DNA of 64,000 nucleotides from Utricularia gibba (GCA_002189035.1 CM007989.1:4712001-4776000), one strand, 5' to 3'. Shown: positions 50,387-62,333, counted from the first letter of the stretch. Translations and numbers: made by a program. The notes: generated from the sequence alone by a model not told the origin.

Positions 50387-52260
50387 TGGTAGGGGATAAA
50401 TCGGTCAAGGTAACCGGTTCCTAAAAGGCTGCCAAAAGGGGACTCTGAGGGGATAATGCCAGTCAACAGACCGATATCTGTTAGAAATCTGATATGTATG
50501 GCCATATGACACAGTTTGGAAAGCGGCCGAATTACGGCATAACAGGCGGCCGATATAAGAAAAGCGAGATCGTATAGCAGTTACAGAAAGCAACCGGTAT
50601 TTGCAGATGTCAGGGTTCGGTTAGATTGAGCCCTCCTATAAATAGAAGGAATTATGACGAGCGTCGAGGGAAGGATTCTTCAACTTGTATTCTCTTCTTC
50701 ACCACCTCCATCGAGTGGAAACATTTCCGGCGAGCTCCGGTAGCTTTGTGGTTTTTCCGCTTTCCGACGGTTTCCACTTAAAAAATCTTTGCCCATTTTT
50801 ACTTCAATTGAACTAACTGTGAAAAACGTGACTAAGTACGAGATCCCCGATCGCACCTATCACCTTAAATCGGCCTCCCACTGGATACCGATTTTACCCG
50901 TAACATTTTTGGCGCCCACCATGGGGTCACGTTCTATAGTCCCACTTGAGAAACCACAGGAGCCACTCGTTAATCACGGATCATGGCGGAAAATAGCACA
51001 GCCACCAACCCGGCTTAGGACGGAAGCGCCGATGCGCAAGACCTCGGCCTTATGATCACCAGCAAGGAGCAGCTGAAAGCCCTGCTAACGGAAATCCTTG
51101 CCGACCTTCGGGCACCTTCAGGTCTCAACTCCAACGCCCACGAGGGAACACCCGAAACTGCACCACGAACGGAGAAGCAACCTCTTATTTTGGATTACCC
51201 CCCGGATACAGAAACTGAATCCGAAACCGAGGAGGAGATGCTACGAAGAAAGAGGCGCAACCAAGTCATATATGAGCCAGGAATTGATAGGGAAAACATG
51301 GTTGGAAAAATTTTGGAAGAAAGGGAAAAAGAGCTGAAGAGAGAGTTAGACCAGATCCACGAGAGGAGAAGACTTATTGACAAGCGGAGATCGACGGGAA
51401 GAAGAGAGGATAGAGGCTTCAGGGACGTTTTCGATCAGAACATATCCATCGGGAGAGGGGACGTTCTGGCCGACATCGCTTTGGCCTTGAAGAGTGGGGT
51501 TGAGGGAGCAGCTGGGACCACAACGCTGCGTTTTGACCCCTTCTCGGACGATTTAGTCGAGGAAGAACCCGAGAGAGGATTCAGGGTCCCAGATGGATTA
51601 CCCACGTACGACGGGAAAGGGGATCCCATATCACACGTAACCAACTTCGATATGAGGATGTCTACGGTTCAACATTCAAAAGCCATGAAGTGTAAGCTGT
51701 TCACTTGCTCGCTCCAGAAAGGAGCAAAGACTTGGTTCAAACAGTTAGAACTATGCAGTGTGGCATATTATCGGGAGTTAGTGCTGCTTTTCACTACCCG
51801 ATACGCTGTCAACATCGAAGCTCCACCTTCAAAGGCAGCATTATACTCTGTTCGGTATGACCACCGAAAAGAGAGTTTGAGAAGGTTCATCGACCGATTT
51901 AACTGCCAAGCGCAAGACATCCAGCTGGATTTAAAGGAGAGGGTGGAAATAATAAAACGGGCCTTAGGAACGTTGAAATTGGGACAGAGTCTATCAAAGT
52001 CCTCGCCAAAGAATCTCGGAGAATTGCTAAGGAAAATCATGAAGTACATCCGAGTTGATGACGATCTCAGGGCCGAGATGAAAAGCTGTGTGGAGATCCA
52101 TCCGAGCCCACAGCAAGAGACCCGACTTAACCGGGGGCCCAGGCCGAACAAGCGCCATGAAATATATTAGGTGGAACCAACCAGAACAGATGCCTACTGC
52201 GAAATATACAAGACCAACGGGCATGATACTGCCAACTACCGAGTAATGAAGTGATAACAC
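50387..52260 (+). mobile_element. 5' half of a Tat/Retand Ty3/gypsy element (LTR, PBS, gag)
   Basis: LTR 50387-50905 (TGGTAGGGGAT...CCCGTAACA); PBS TGGCGCCCACCATGGGG at ~50910, complementary to the plant tRNA-Lys(CUU) 3' end with one mismatch; gag ORF follows; no pol or 3' LTR. Confidence 0.9.
51052..52170 (+). CDS. Retrotransposon gag (Tat lineage), open 372-aa frame
   Basis: LPTYDGKGDPISHVTNF..KCKLFTCSLQKGAKTWFKQL..LFTTRY..KESLRRFIDRFN. Confidence 0.85.
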   Translation: MITSKEQLKALLTEILADLRAPSGLNSNAHEGTPETAPRTEKQPLILDYPPDTETESETEEEMLRRKRRNQVIYEPGIDRENMVGKILEEREKELKRELDQIHERRRLIDKRRSTGRREDRGFRDVFDQNISIGRGDVLADIALALKSGVEGAAGTTTLRFDPFSDDLVEEEPERGFRVPDGLPTYDGKGDPISHVTNFDMRMSTVQHSKAMKCKLFTCSLQKGAKTWFKQLELCSVAYYRELVLLFTTRYAVNIEAPPSKAALYSVRYDHRKESLRRFIDRFNCQAQDIQLDLKERVEIIKRALGTLKLGQSLSKSSPKNLGELLRKIMKYIRVDDDLRAEMKSCVEIHPSPQQETRLNRGPRPNKRHEIY

Positions 52261-52269
52261 ATATTTTTG

Positions 52270-53290
52270 AATGTTTCAGGATAGGAAATGACTCATATTT
52301 TACTACAAAACTCAAATTTTATTTCTAGTTGCGACTAAATCTATGAATTAGTCATAACCTTAGTTCTTATAGTTCTCCTGAGCAATGCATCACATGTCAG
52401 CAACCAAAATCTCAAAGAAATAAAAAAGAACAGTGAAGTTGCAGAAGATGATGATAAAAAATGAATGAAGTATACCAAATCCAAGGAGAGGACAGTAGTA
52501 GTTTTCATCATAAATAGCTTTAATTAGAGGTAGACCTAAAATTAAGAAAAAATAAAGGTTTGGGTAGACTTGAGACTCTGTTTGTTAAGTGAATGATTTT
52601 AGGTTTAGATGAGATAGTTGTAATGATTAGTATGCTACTCTTGAGTATCTCAGAGCATCATCCTCTTTTACTTTGGATAAACATTTGATTTTTCCTGTTA
52701 TTGCTTTTCTACATATTATTGTAAAACTTCTATTCCTAACTTAGACTAAATTTTCAATCATGACAAAAACAGTATGTATCAATCTTCATACAACAAACAC
52801 ATAGCTCCTTGTGTTCGACATTGATTCACTATGCTTATATTTTTTGTATGATTAATTGTGAATTATGTTTATAAATTTAATTTGATAGAAAAATTTACAT
52901 ATTAAAGATGTGCATAATTTTTCATTTACAACAATGCAATCCATCTTTTCTTGAAAAAGCGAATCATTACTTTGGAGAGTCTCAAATATTCTTTCACATA
53001 AAAATATTTTCAATCGAAATCTCCTGCAAAATTATTGAGTTCAAAAGTTTGTTGCTCTCCTTTATTGTATTTCTTCGTAAATTTGTCTTAGTTTTAGTTA
53101 AGACTAAATCTATCAGCATAACACTAATTGTATGTATTGACGATCACATGACAAGTAACTAGTCTTCGTATTTAACCCTAAACACTATGTTCATAATTGT
53201 ATTATGTTTGAATGTGTAATAGGTTATAAATTTTATTTGATAAGAAGAATTTGCAATTCTAACGATGTTGCATAAATTTTTCATTTATCA
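52270..53290 (+). mobile_element. Older remnants related to the Athila-like LTR family (two 3' ends)
   Basis: CTCCTTGTGTTCGAC and TTATAAATTTAATTTGAT near 52805-52890; a second TTATAAATTTTATTTGAT...TTTCATTTATCA ending at 53290. Confidence 0.5.
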
Positions 53291-54107
53291 AACATACATT
53301 TATCCATGGGATTGTAACACAATGTGTAAAGTCAAAAGAGTAATGAGTCTCTAGAGGCATCACCAAGGACCCCAATGCATCGTATTTGCAGTTGGTGATT
53401 CTTTGAAATAAGATATTCTTATCATTTACAAACTTCATTTTTTTAATTTTTTTTATATACACTAAAATAAAAAAAATTAACATTAAGAATGACTATTTTT
53501 TTAGGATAATTATATTTCTAAATCACTTCTATTAAGTGATATAGATGAGGTTGGGAAGCGGGTTGGGTTATACATAAGCAATTATCCTTGTGTCCAGTGG
53601 TGTATATGTATAATATTCACTTTATTTTTTTTATTTTTCATTGAATTCATATATAATCAATTTAATATATAATAGATTCTAAAGATCGAAACGAATATTA
53701 ATCAATTAATATATAATTTTGATTTTTCATTGAATCCCTTGAGTCGATCATTTTGAAATAAATATGTGATTGCAAGGAAAATTTACATTATTTTTTTTAC
53801 TTTTAAGAGACACGAATATTGTTTATATCAATTAATTTGAAATAAAGAATTTCCACGTGTGATAATATTTAATTAATTGGTTTGCCCGTTGCGCCCACCA
53901 AAGTCCAACCCCGCTCGTCGGCGGTAGGGATCCCGCACGGGTAAATTTGATTGGGTGCCAAATCCGTGGTTCAGACGCGACGCCTGAAGAACAAAACAAA
54001 CAAAAAAAAGGAACTCTCGGATGGTGAGGATTTTGCTTTAGGTATTGATGGATGCCGAAGGGATGAATTGATTGTCATCTTGAGTCTGGATCAAGTGCTG
54101 CGGGGCA

Positions 54108-55139
54108 ATGGCGAAAAAGAGGAAATCCGATGCGCCGCGGCTGGATGAGGTCGACCGGACCATGTATTCCAGTTTTAGCAACGCCGCCAATTCTCTCTCC
54201 CACCTATACAGCCAAGCGATGCAACAACAGAAACTATCCTTCCAGGCCGGTGAACGCCACTCCCTGGTTTGTGTTCCCTGCGCTGCCTTTTTTCGCGTTT
54301 ACTGAATCGGGGATGGGATGGATTGAATTCTACAGATTCGGTTGAGAATTCTACAGATTTTTTTTTAATGGGAATTTTGTTATCCGGAATCCCGACCTTG
54401 GATTCTAATCTTCTCTTCTACTCATTTGTCTGTTTTCTCAAGAAATTAAATTTTTATTATTGCAGGAAAAACTGTATAATTGGATTTTGAGACAGCAAGA
54501 AAATGGATTTAGAGTGACATCAGGCTGCATATTCTCTTACATTCAGGTCTGTTCTCCACATCTAAATTATCGGCATAAGTTTTCACTTCCATGTTTGTTA
54601 ATGAGTAAAGCTACTAAAATCTTACTAGGAGGTGGTTTCTAATTGTTCATAACTTTGTTCCCCTCCTTTGTAAATTGATTTCAATGGTACTTTCGTGTAA
54701 GTCTTGAGAAGATTTGAGGTAAGGAAACGCTCCGGCATTCAGTATGCCTTCTCATTTTAGGGAGTTGTGATAGTTTCTGTATCTATGAATCCTCAGAATG
54801 AACTTGACCAGGGAGCATGTGAGTCCCCGCCATCTCCAAGAGTTCCACTCCAGCACCAACAGCAACATCACCCTCAAACATCGATCCAGCAATTTCCAAA
54901 CTCTGGACTTATGGTCTCTTCTAATGTTTTCAGTTCCACAAATGCCACACAAGGCCTCCGTTCTGGGGACTCAGATCAGGCAAGAAATCAGTCTTCTCAA
55001 ATGCTCTTTGTCTTGTTCGTTACAGCAGAATTGTTTAAGGTATTACGACTTATCACAGGTGGCGTTCTCAATGCATACTTCCAATGACATTTCGATGGAT
55101 ATGCCTGCGGGTAGCCCCAGCCACTCTCCCCATTACTGA
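54108..55139 (+). CDS. UCP009193-type conserved plant protein (HAPSTR1/TAPR1-like helical domain); 3 exons, frameshifted tail
   Basis: Exon 1 54108-54266 MAKKRKSDAPRLDEVDRTMYSSFSNAANSLSHLYSQAMQQQKLSFQAGERHSL; exon 2 54466-54546 EKLYNWILRQQENGFRVTSGCIFSYIQ; exon 3 from 54797 NELD..; GT-AG introns. Conserved-looking SVFSNAL and SNDISMDMPAGSP lie in shifted frames. Confidence 0.85.
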
Positions 55140-55495
55140 TTTTTCAATCTGGTGCCAGAAGGATTATTATTGAAGCATTGTTGGCGGCTTTTGGAATGAG
55201 CTTTTGTTACCAGAAATTGATGTGGACTTCTTAGCAAGTGCCTATGAGCGTGATGATCGTGGTGAGCCTTTCCGGCTAGTTGGGGGGTGGCCATTGTTTC
55301 TTAAAGTTTCTTATTATTATTAATGAAGTATTTGATTTTTGAATATTATAGTCTCTTGCTTATAAGTCATCAATTGGAGGATACTGTATATAAACAATGT
55401 AAGTTTGGTACCATGAACAAACCTGGGGCGATTTCAGACTTGGAAATGTGATTCAAACAGTGCAATACAAAACTTGAACGCTGGAGCATTCTCCA

Positions 55496-57685
55496 TCACC
55501 AGTATTCCTTACAGGAGCAACTTCCTTGTTTGAAATGGTGAAATCGATACCTGTCTCTTACAACAATGTCCCTCTCATAAATCTTCGACACTAGCTTGAA
55601 TACCGCGTGACAGTCTTCACAAACACGAAGATTCTTGAAAATTCGAATAGTTTGAGCAGGGCCATGACTGATTAGCCCGAATGCTAGAGCAAGTCTCTCG
55701 CTGTGAAGGTACAAAGCTTTTTCTTGCATTTCTTCCTCTTCCACCAACTGCAGTACTTGTGACTTATTTGGTACATGTCCTACGGACTTAAGCCTGGTTT
55801 CAATCTCCTGCAGCTTCATGTATATTTTCTTTGACATTGGATGTGCATTGTCTCCGACTAGAAACTCATGGACAATGCCGTTTACCTTGATTGAGCTGCA
55901 TCCAGGTTCTTTCTTTAACCCGACATCTCTCATTCGCTTCCGAAGCATTGACACTTCTTCCCATTTTCCTGATTCAGCATATATGTTGGATAAAAGAACA
56001 AGTGCTCCATGATTTTGAGGTTCAATCTCTAGTAACTGCTTGCAGGCATATTCAGCCAACTCGAGGTTTTTGTGAAGTCTGCAGGCCCCAAGAAGGGCTC
56101 CCCAAACAGAAGCACCAGGAGTCATCGGCATATTCCTTACCAAATCCATGGCACGTTCTATTTGGCCAGCTCGCCCAAGGATATCAACCAAGCATGCATA
56201 GTGCTCGACATCTGGGATAATGCCGTAAATACGCTCCATCTGGTGGAAAAGCTCTACACCTTCCTCGACTAACCTTGAGTGGCTGCATGCAGATAGCAAG
56301 TTGGTGAAGGTAACAACACTAGGCATCACCTTCGCTTCCTGCATCTTCAAGAACAACTCCAATGCCTCTTGTCCATGCCCATGCATGCCGAATCCAGCAA
56401 TCATTGCACTCCATACAAAGACATCCCTTCTTTCGGATGATTCAAATATTTCTTGTGCTTTGACCAGATCCCCGCACTTGGAGTACATATCTATTAACGC
56501 AGTTGAAAGATGACGATTCAACCTCATGCCTTCCTTTTTTACATAGGCATGGATCCAAGCACCCAATTCTATTGCTCCCAACTGCGAACAAGCTGATAAG
56601 GTACTAACCAAGGTTACTTCATCTGGCTTACCACCGCTCTGCTGCAACTCTTTAAATAATGCAATTGCCTCCTTTGCATTTCCATTTTGTTCATAAGCTG
56701 AGATTAGAGCATTCCATGCTGCAATATCTTTACATGGCAGAGCATCAAAAAGATCCCTAGCTGCTCTGAAATCCCCACTCTTGGCATATCCAGCTAGCAT
56801 TGTTGTCCATGTAACCACATCCTTCTCTGTCATTGCATCAAAAACTTCTCTAGCATCCTCCATTTTACCGCATTTTGTGTACATATCAAGTAGCGCATTC
56901 TCCAAAATCAGAGACTGCTTTATCCCATTGTTTTTTATCCATGAATGCATCCATCTTCCCAACTCTAAATCAGACTTCTTTCCAGCCACACACAATACAC
57001 TTATTATTGTAATATCATTTGGTTTCACACCTTCGCTCTCCATTGTATGGAACAAGTCCACTGCCTGCTCAAAACAACCACTCTGAACGAGCCCATTTAT
57101 CATGGAGTTCCATGTAACAACATCCCTTTCAGGCACATTGTCGAACACTTGGCATGCCATATCCAAACACCCACAATCTGCATACAACCGAATCAAGGAG
57201 TTGGAAATAAATAAATCTGTATTGTAACCAGTCTTCAACACCATTCCATGAATCCCTTTTCCCAATCGTATATCCAGAAGCTCGGCTGAAGCTTTGATGA
57301 CGAAAGGGTAAGTGAATTTATTGGGGCGTTCGTGACAATGATGAAGCAAGCGAATGAAGAAGGAAAGAGCGCGTGCGGGTTGAGAGGTGGAGGCGTAAGC
57401 ACGAACCAGAGCATTCCATGAAAATAGATTCGGTTGAGGAATTTGGCTAAACACCATCTCCGCGTAATCAACGCTGGAGAAGTTTGACAGAGCACATACA
57501 CCGATAAGCTTACTGGCTGAAAATGGGTCGGAGAGAAGACCGCAACGCAGCATGTGGGCATGGATTTCCTTGAGATGTTTGGCATTTGAACACTGATCGA
57601 TGACCGCAGTGATCGGATGGTTGTGGTAGCACCGGCCATCACTCGCCACTGTGAGCGAAAGAGATGGTAGGCTTGTAGCCGCCAT
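55496..57685 (-). CDS. OTP81: PLS-class PPR protein with E/DYW domains, OTP81/QED1-like plastid RNA-editing factor; 729 aa, intronless
   Basis: First in-frame ATG at 57685 (the track start is TTG). PLS repeats, PG box KKEPGCSSI, HSERLA..RVCEDCH zinc ligands. Stretches DPFSASKL, DIAAWNALISAYEQNG, RDVFVWSAMI, GDNAHPMS and EEEEMQE match my recollection of At2g29760. Confidence 0.93.
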   Translation of the reverse strand: MAATSLPSLSLTVASDGRCYHNHPITAVIDQCSNAKHLKEIHAHMLRCGLLSDPFSASKLIGVCALSNFSSVDYAEMVFSQIPQPNLFSWNALVRAYASTSQPARALSFFIRLLHHCHERPNKFTYPFVIKASAELLDIRLGKGIHGMVLKTGYNTDLFISNSLIRLYADCGCLDMACQVFDNVPERDVVTWNSMINGLVQSGCFEQAVDLFHTMESEGVKPNDITIISVLCVAGKKSDLELGRWMHSWIKNNGIKQSLILENALLDMYTKCGKMEDAREVFDAMTEKDVVTWTTMLAGYAKSGDFRAARDLFDALPCKDIAAWNALISAYEQNGNAKEAIALFKELQQSGGKPDEVTLVSTLSACSQLGAIELGAWIHAYVKKEGMRLNRHLSTALIDMYSKCGDLVKAQEIFESSERRDVFVWSAMIAGFGMHGHGQEALELFLKMQEAKVMPSVVTFTNLLSACSHSRLVEEGVELFHQMERIYGIIPDVEHYACLVDILGRAGQIERAMDLVRNMPMTPGASVWGALLGACRLHKNLELAEYACKQLLEIEPQNHGALVLLSNIYAESGKWEEVSMLRKRMRDVGLKKEPGCSSIKVNGIVHEFLVGDNAHPMSKKIYMKLQEIETRLKSVGHVPNKSQVLQLVEEEEMQEKALYLHSERLALAFGLISHGPAQTIRIFKNLRVCEDCHAVFKLVSKIYERDIVVRDRYRFHHFKQGSCSCKEYW

Positions 57686-58127
57686 AGTTGGATACTGTGT
57701 GGACAGCGCACGACGAGAAGCTCTGTCCCGTTCAGTCCCAGCGGCGACTACTCCGGCACGGCGGGCTTCCGGCAATAATGGAGGGTGCTTCTAAGATTCA
57801 ACTTAGGATGCCGTTTGTAGCGGATTTGAGTAAGTTGCATATGATTGATTACACAGGTTTTAATTAAAAAAGATTTGTATCGTAATTTTAAATAATTAAT
57901 TTTTCTATTTATAATATAAATGAATATTATACACTTAAAATTAATTTAGAAATTTATATTATTATTTTTGTAGAAGGGCTAAGGTCATTTTGATGAATGT
58001 TTGTGTATTTCTTTTGTGCATTGTTTTCTTTTTTTCTTCGATGTTCAGATTGAGACAAATAATAACAAAATGAAGGAAGAATTAGTGACAATATCAAAAT
58101 CAAGCATCAATAAAAGTTTGACAGAAA

Positions 58128-58367
58128 ATGGCTCTTAATCAATGTCTTAAAAACATCATTAAAGTCACTTCAAAAGCAGAAAATGAATTCAAAGAAAACT
58201 ATCTTCAAATTCTCAATGAGACATTCCTAGAACTTTGCTGTAGATTCAGCATCATAACCATACCACACTCTCAATCCAAGATTCATAGTTGGGAGAAAGA
58301 CTATGACATGTTAATAGACTTGAGTAACAAATCATGTACTAGTGTTGATCGTAGGGGGAATCTTTGA
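58128..58367 (+). mobile_element. Myb/SANT-like Harbinger ORF1 fragment
   Basis: KAENEFKENYLQIL..IPHSQSKIHSWEKDYDMLIDL. Confidence 0.55.
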
Positions 58368-59697
58368 ACTGAATATAAAAAAGTATTTTCTTTTTATCTC
58401 TTCTAAATATGTTTATTTCATTGCTATACAACATGGGAACTTCATATTCATCATAACATATCAAGAGATTGTACAATATATTGAGGTTCAAGAACATGAC
58501 CTTTTACATTAATTGGTATTTTATATTCAAGAAGGATAGAACAATTGAATAATTTGTCAATACAATTTTTGATACAGAGCAATTATAGCATCATAGCATA
58601 TAGATGAAATTATATTTGGATTTCATAGATAAATGAATTCCATTCATGTTAAGTATGAAGAGTATCCCTCAATGAACGGTATTTTTATCATTCTTATAAG
58701 GATTGAGTCTACTTTGATAAGTGGTGATAAGATAAATAACTGGATAATAAAAGAAAGAGGTAAGATGTAAAATTTGACATGCTAACGGAAGAATTGAAAA
58801 AAGCAATGAACAAAAAAACGAATGACACTATTGATAACAATGTTTTTATTAGTATTTAATCCATGAAATTAGTGTAATTTGTTATGAAATTAAATGTTTT
58901 TTGTATGAATTTTCATATTTTGTAATTTTTTTATTAGAATTAATTTTATGCTCTAAGATGGATTGATTTTGTCCACTTCGATTTTTAATGATATGTATGC
59001 TCAAGTAATGAACAACTTTCACAATCATTTATATATATGCAAAATGAAGAAAGTGAATCAAAAGTAAAAAATAGAAGAAAAAAGAGTTTTTGTGAACACA
59101 TTGCATAGTGCAGCTGAAAAAATATAACATTTCAAAGAAAATCTTCTAAGAAAAGTATTAAAAGATTGTAATTGAAAAACTAGGAAAAATAAAAATAAAA
59201 AATGATAGAGAGAAAAGAAAGTTCATCAACCCCAATAGAGGAGAGTTGAAGAGACAAATTTTTGGAGAGATAATTCTTCCATGAACAAAGGAACTATAAG
59301 AGTAAAGTAAATAACAAGTAATGTGTAAGTTTTGTTATTAAAGAAGAAATGCTCCAATAATTAGATAAGATGCACCTTTTAAATGTTATGAAGGTGTCCT
59401 CATTGATCCAATCAAATAATAGTTTTTATTTGATAGTAACAACCAAGAGTATTGGGTAATAGCTTTGGTGATCACAAGAAATCTTATGTGAAAAAATAGC
59501 AGTATACATGATTGTTAGAATATCATGATTGAAGCTCACAATTACTAAGATTGAGTGTTGAAGTTATATGAACACAATCACTTCTCACTCCAATTTTTCT
59601 TCCATTACTCTTGCATTGACACTTCTATTTTAACTTCATTAACTGATAAGAGAGGTATGGACTTTTCATTATAAATTGCTATTTTGTAGCTTTGTTA

Positions 59698-61340
59698 TGG
59701 TTTTAGAGCAAACCCTCATTAATATTGACAATTCTTCTCAAGCAATTGTCAATATTGCTTGACAATTAGCACTAGTTTTAAATTAGCTCCAACAACTAGG
59801 TTGAATCATATAATTACCCTAAGTTTTCTTGAGACAACTACCTATTATAGAGAGCTTAATTATTTTTCTTAGGATTAGCACCTCATGGGTTATATTGATG
59901 ACATAATCAATTGGCCTAAATCCACCAAAAATAACTGTGGCTCCAGGTTCCAACAAGATCAATTTATTGTAAGTAACATTTTATCATCATTAACCAAGGA
60001 GATTCTTGCCCATGTTGTAGGTTGTTTAACATCATATGATATTTGACATACAATTGAAAAGATGTTTGATTCCAACTCCTATGTTCAAGTCATGTAGATT
60101 TGTATGTAGCTAGTCACAATTAAGAAAAATGAGTACAATGTCACAATTACTTTCTTGGAGTCAATAACCTAGAAAACACACTTGCCATCTTAGACAAGCC
60201 ATTAGATGATGAAGAATTGATATCTTATCTCCTAAGAAGATTAGGATTAGAATATGATCCCCTCGTAGCCAATATTACTCTACAAGTGGATCCAATCATT
60301 GGTTTAGGCTAGAATCAATAGTACCACTTACCTTTGCTTGTTAATCAAACTCAAAGTGATAAACCACTGCTCAAAATTTTGGCCAGAATAATAGAAGAGG
60401 TTCAAGGCTTGTGTGCCAAGTTTGTAACTTGCTAAAGCATGATGCATTACAGTTCTATCATAAATTTGACCGAAGCTACCAAAATAATGATACAGAAAAG
60501 ATTGTTGTCACTGTTGTTAGAAACTATGCAATTGACTCAAATTGATATGTCGAAATAAAAGCAACCGATCACATTACTAATGATCTTGGAAGATTCTTTG
60601 TGAAAGATTGCTACATTGGAAATGACCAGGTCTAGGTTGCTAATGGCATAGGTTTATTCATCTCCCATGTAGAAAATTCATTCATTACTTCTGCTTCATG
60701 ATCCTTAGTTTTGAAAATTATTCATGTCTCAAAAATTAATAGACATCTCCTCTCCATTCATAAACTTGTGAATGATAATAATGTTTTTATTGAATTTCAT
60801 CTATCTTGACTTTTTGTTATGGATTCTCAATGAACATCCTCCTCAAATGCAAGTGTAGAGATAAACTTTATATCCTACCAAATAAGAGACATTTAGCAAG
60901 ACACTTATCTCAACCAGTATATCCTTCCTTCTCTATCTCTCATATTATCTTGAAAGCCAATAATCTTCTTAAATGTTTGTGATATTTGTCAACAAACAAA
61001 AGTTTATCAACTGCTCCTTTTGTCTTTCTATGTTTCCTTGAAACCTCATAGTAATGTTTAGAGTGATGTTATTTCTTTTGTTAATGGCTTCAAATATTGT
61101 ATTAGTTTTGATGATGATTATAATAGATTCACATGTCTTTATTTTCTCAAAACTCAATCTAATGTTATGCACATTTTCTTGACGAAAAACATGTTGAATG
61201 TTTATTGAGGCACACCATCCCTTCTATCTAATTTGATTGAGGATAAGAATATCATTGTTTACTTTGTTATTTTAACTAGATAAATATAACATCCTTTGTT
61301 TCTTGCTCTCATACATACTAGCAAAATGATCTTGTAGAAT
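59698..61340 (+). mobile_element. Degenerate copia element, PBS through gag-protease-integrase
   Basis: PBS-like TGGTTTTAGAGC at 59698; QDQFIVSNILSSLTKEILAHVVGC (gag), CQVCNLLKHDA (degenerate zinc knuckle), ATDHITND (protease). Confidence 0.75.
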
Positions 61341-62267
61341 ACCAAGGTCAAGTCTTGGGGTTATGTGGCCACAAAAAATTCACTTAGATATACATTTATA
61401 TATTAACCCCATTGATTGATAAAAAAGGTGTGATCTTTTTATTACAAATTGCTAATTTATACCTTTGTTTGACGTAACATTAGTGCCTAGCTTTTGATGG
61501 TTTTGGTTCGCCATTTGGACTTTGATTGTCACTTTGCTCATTTGAAAATTGTTTTTGAGTATGCAATAGCTTCCACGTCACATTGATTGTAGTAAAGCAT
61601 AATGAAACAACCATTTTCTATAGTTTTGCATAATGTATGATGTGGAAATTTAATTGAAGTTGAAACTTCGAAATCTCAGCAACTACGATAATTTTCTTAC
61701 AATGTCTAAAATTTTCATTGAAATTAAAATTCCAAAACTTTGAAGCACCAACACTAGTGATTTGTGATGCTTGAGAATTTTAATAAAGTAGGCATGACAA
61801 CATTTCAGGCATTGTAAATAATTGTATACAGTGAAATACAAAAGTTTCAAATATCATAATTAACGATTATAATACCTAAAATTTTGCATGAGGTGAAACT
61901 ATCCTATATTACAACCACCTCAAAGGAAGATTCGCAATCTAATAAAATGTTTATATCAATACAAAACACATGTAAATAACTGAAAAATAAAAATAAAATA
62001 CATAACAACAAAATGAATTAATGGAAATAAAAAAATATAAAAATAAATATCAACCAACCTCATTTATCCCTTTTCATCCTACCTATCACAAGTTCATCGA
62101 AAAAACTTAATTAGATAATATTGGTCACAATTATATTATATTATTAATACTATATGCAATCATTAGTGGCGTGGCGCCTTGCATATCCGGGATTGCCCGT
62201 GCCATCACTAATGATGCTTTGGGAATATGCGCCATTAGTGATGACACTTCCAGATCATGCACTGCAG

Positions 62268-62333
62268 GGCACCATCAATGATGGCGCCTTGCTACACGGC
62301 ACCATCAATAATGCCACCTTACTGCATGCACCC
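62268..62333. repeat. 30-bp tandem palindromic repeat
   Basis: GGCACCATCAAT at 62268 and 62298, partial third copy at 62328; GGCACCATCAATGATGGCGCC is nearly self-complementary. Confidence 0.75.

Noticed and set aside
50910-50927. tRNA-like sequence
   Set aside because: Only the PBS complement of a tRNA-Lys 3' end; no cloverleaf. No tRNA or rRNA genes were seen in the window.
55818-57711. Multiple short ORFs antisense or off-frame to the PPR
   Set aside because: Shadow ORFs of a long CDS.
57686-57775. 30-aa N-terminal extension of the PPR ORF
   Set aside because: Starts at TTG in the ORF track; the first ATG (57685) gives a length matching OTP81-like proteins. No evidence for non-AUG use.
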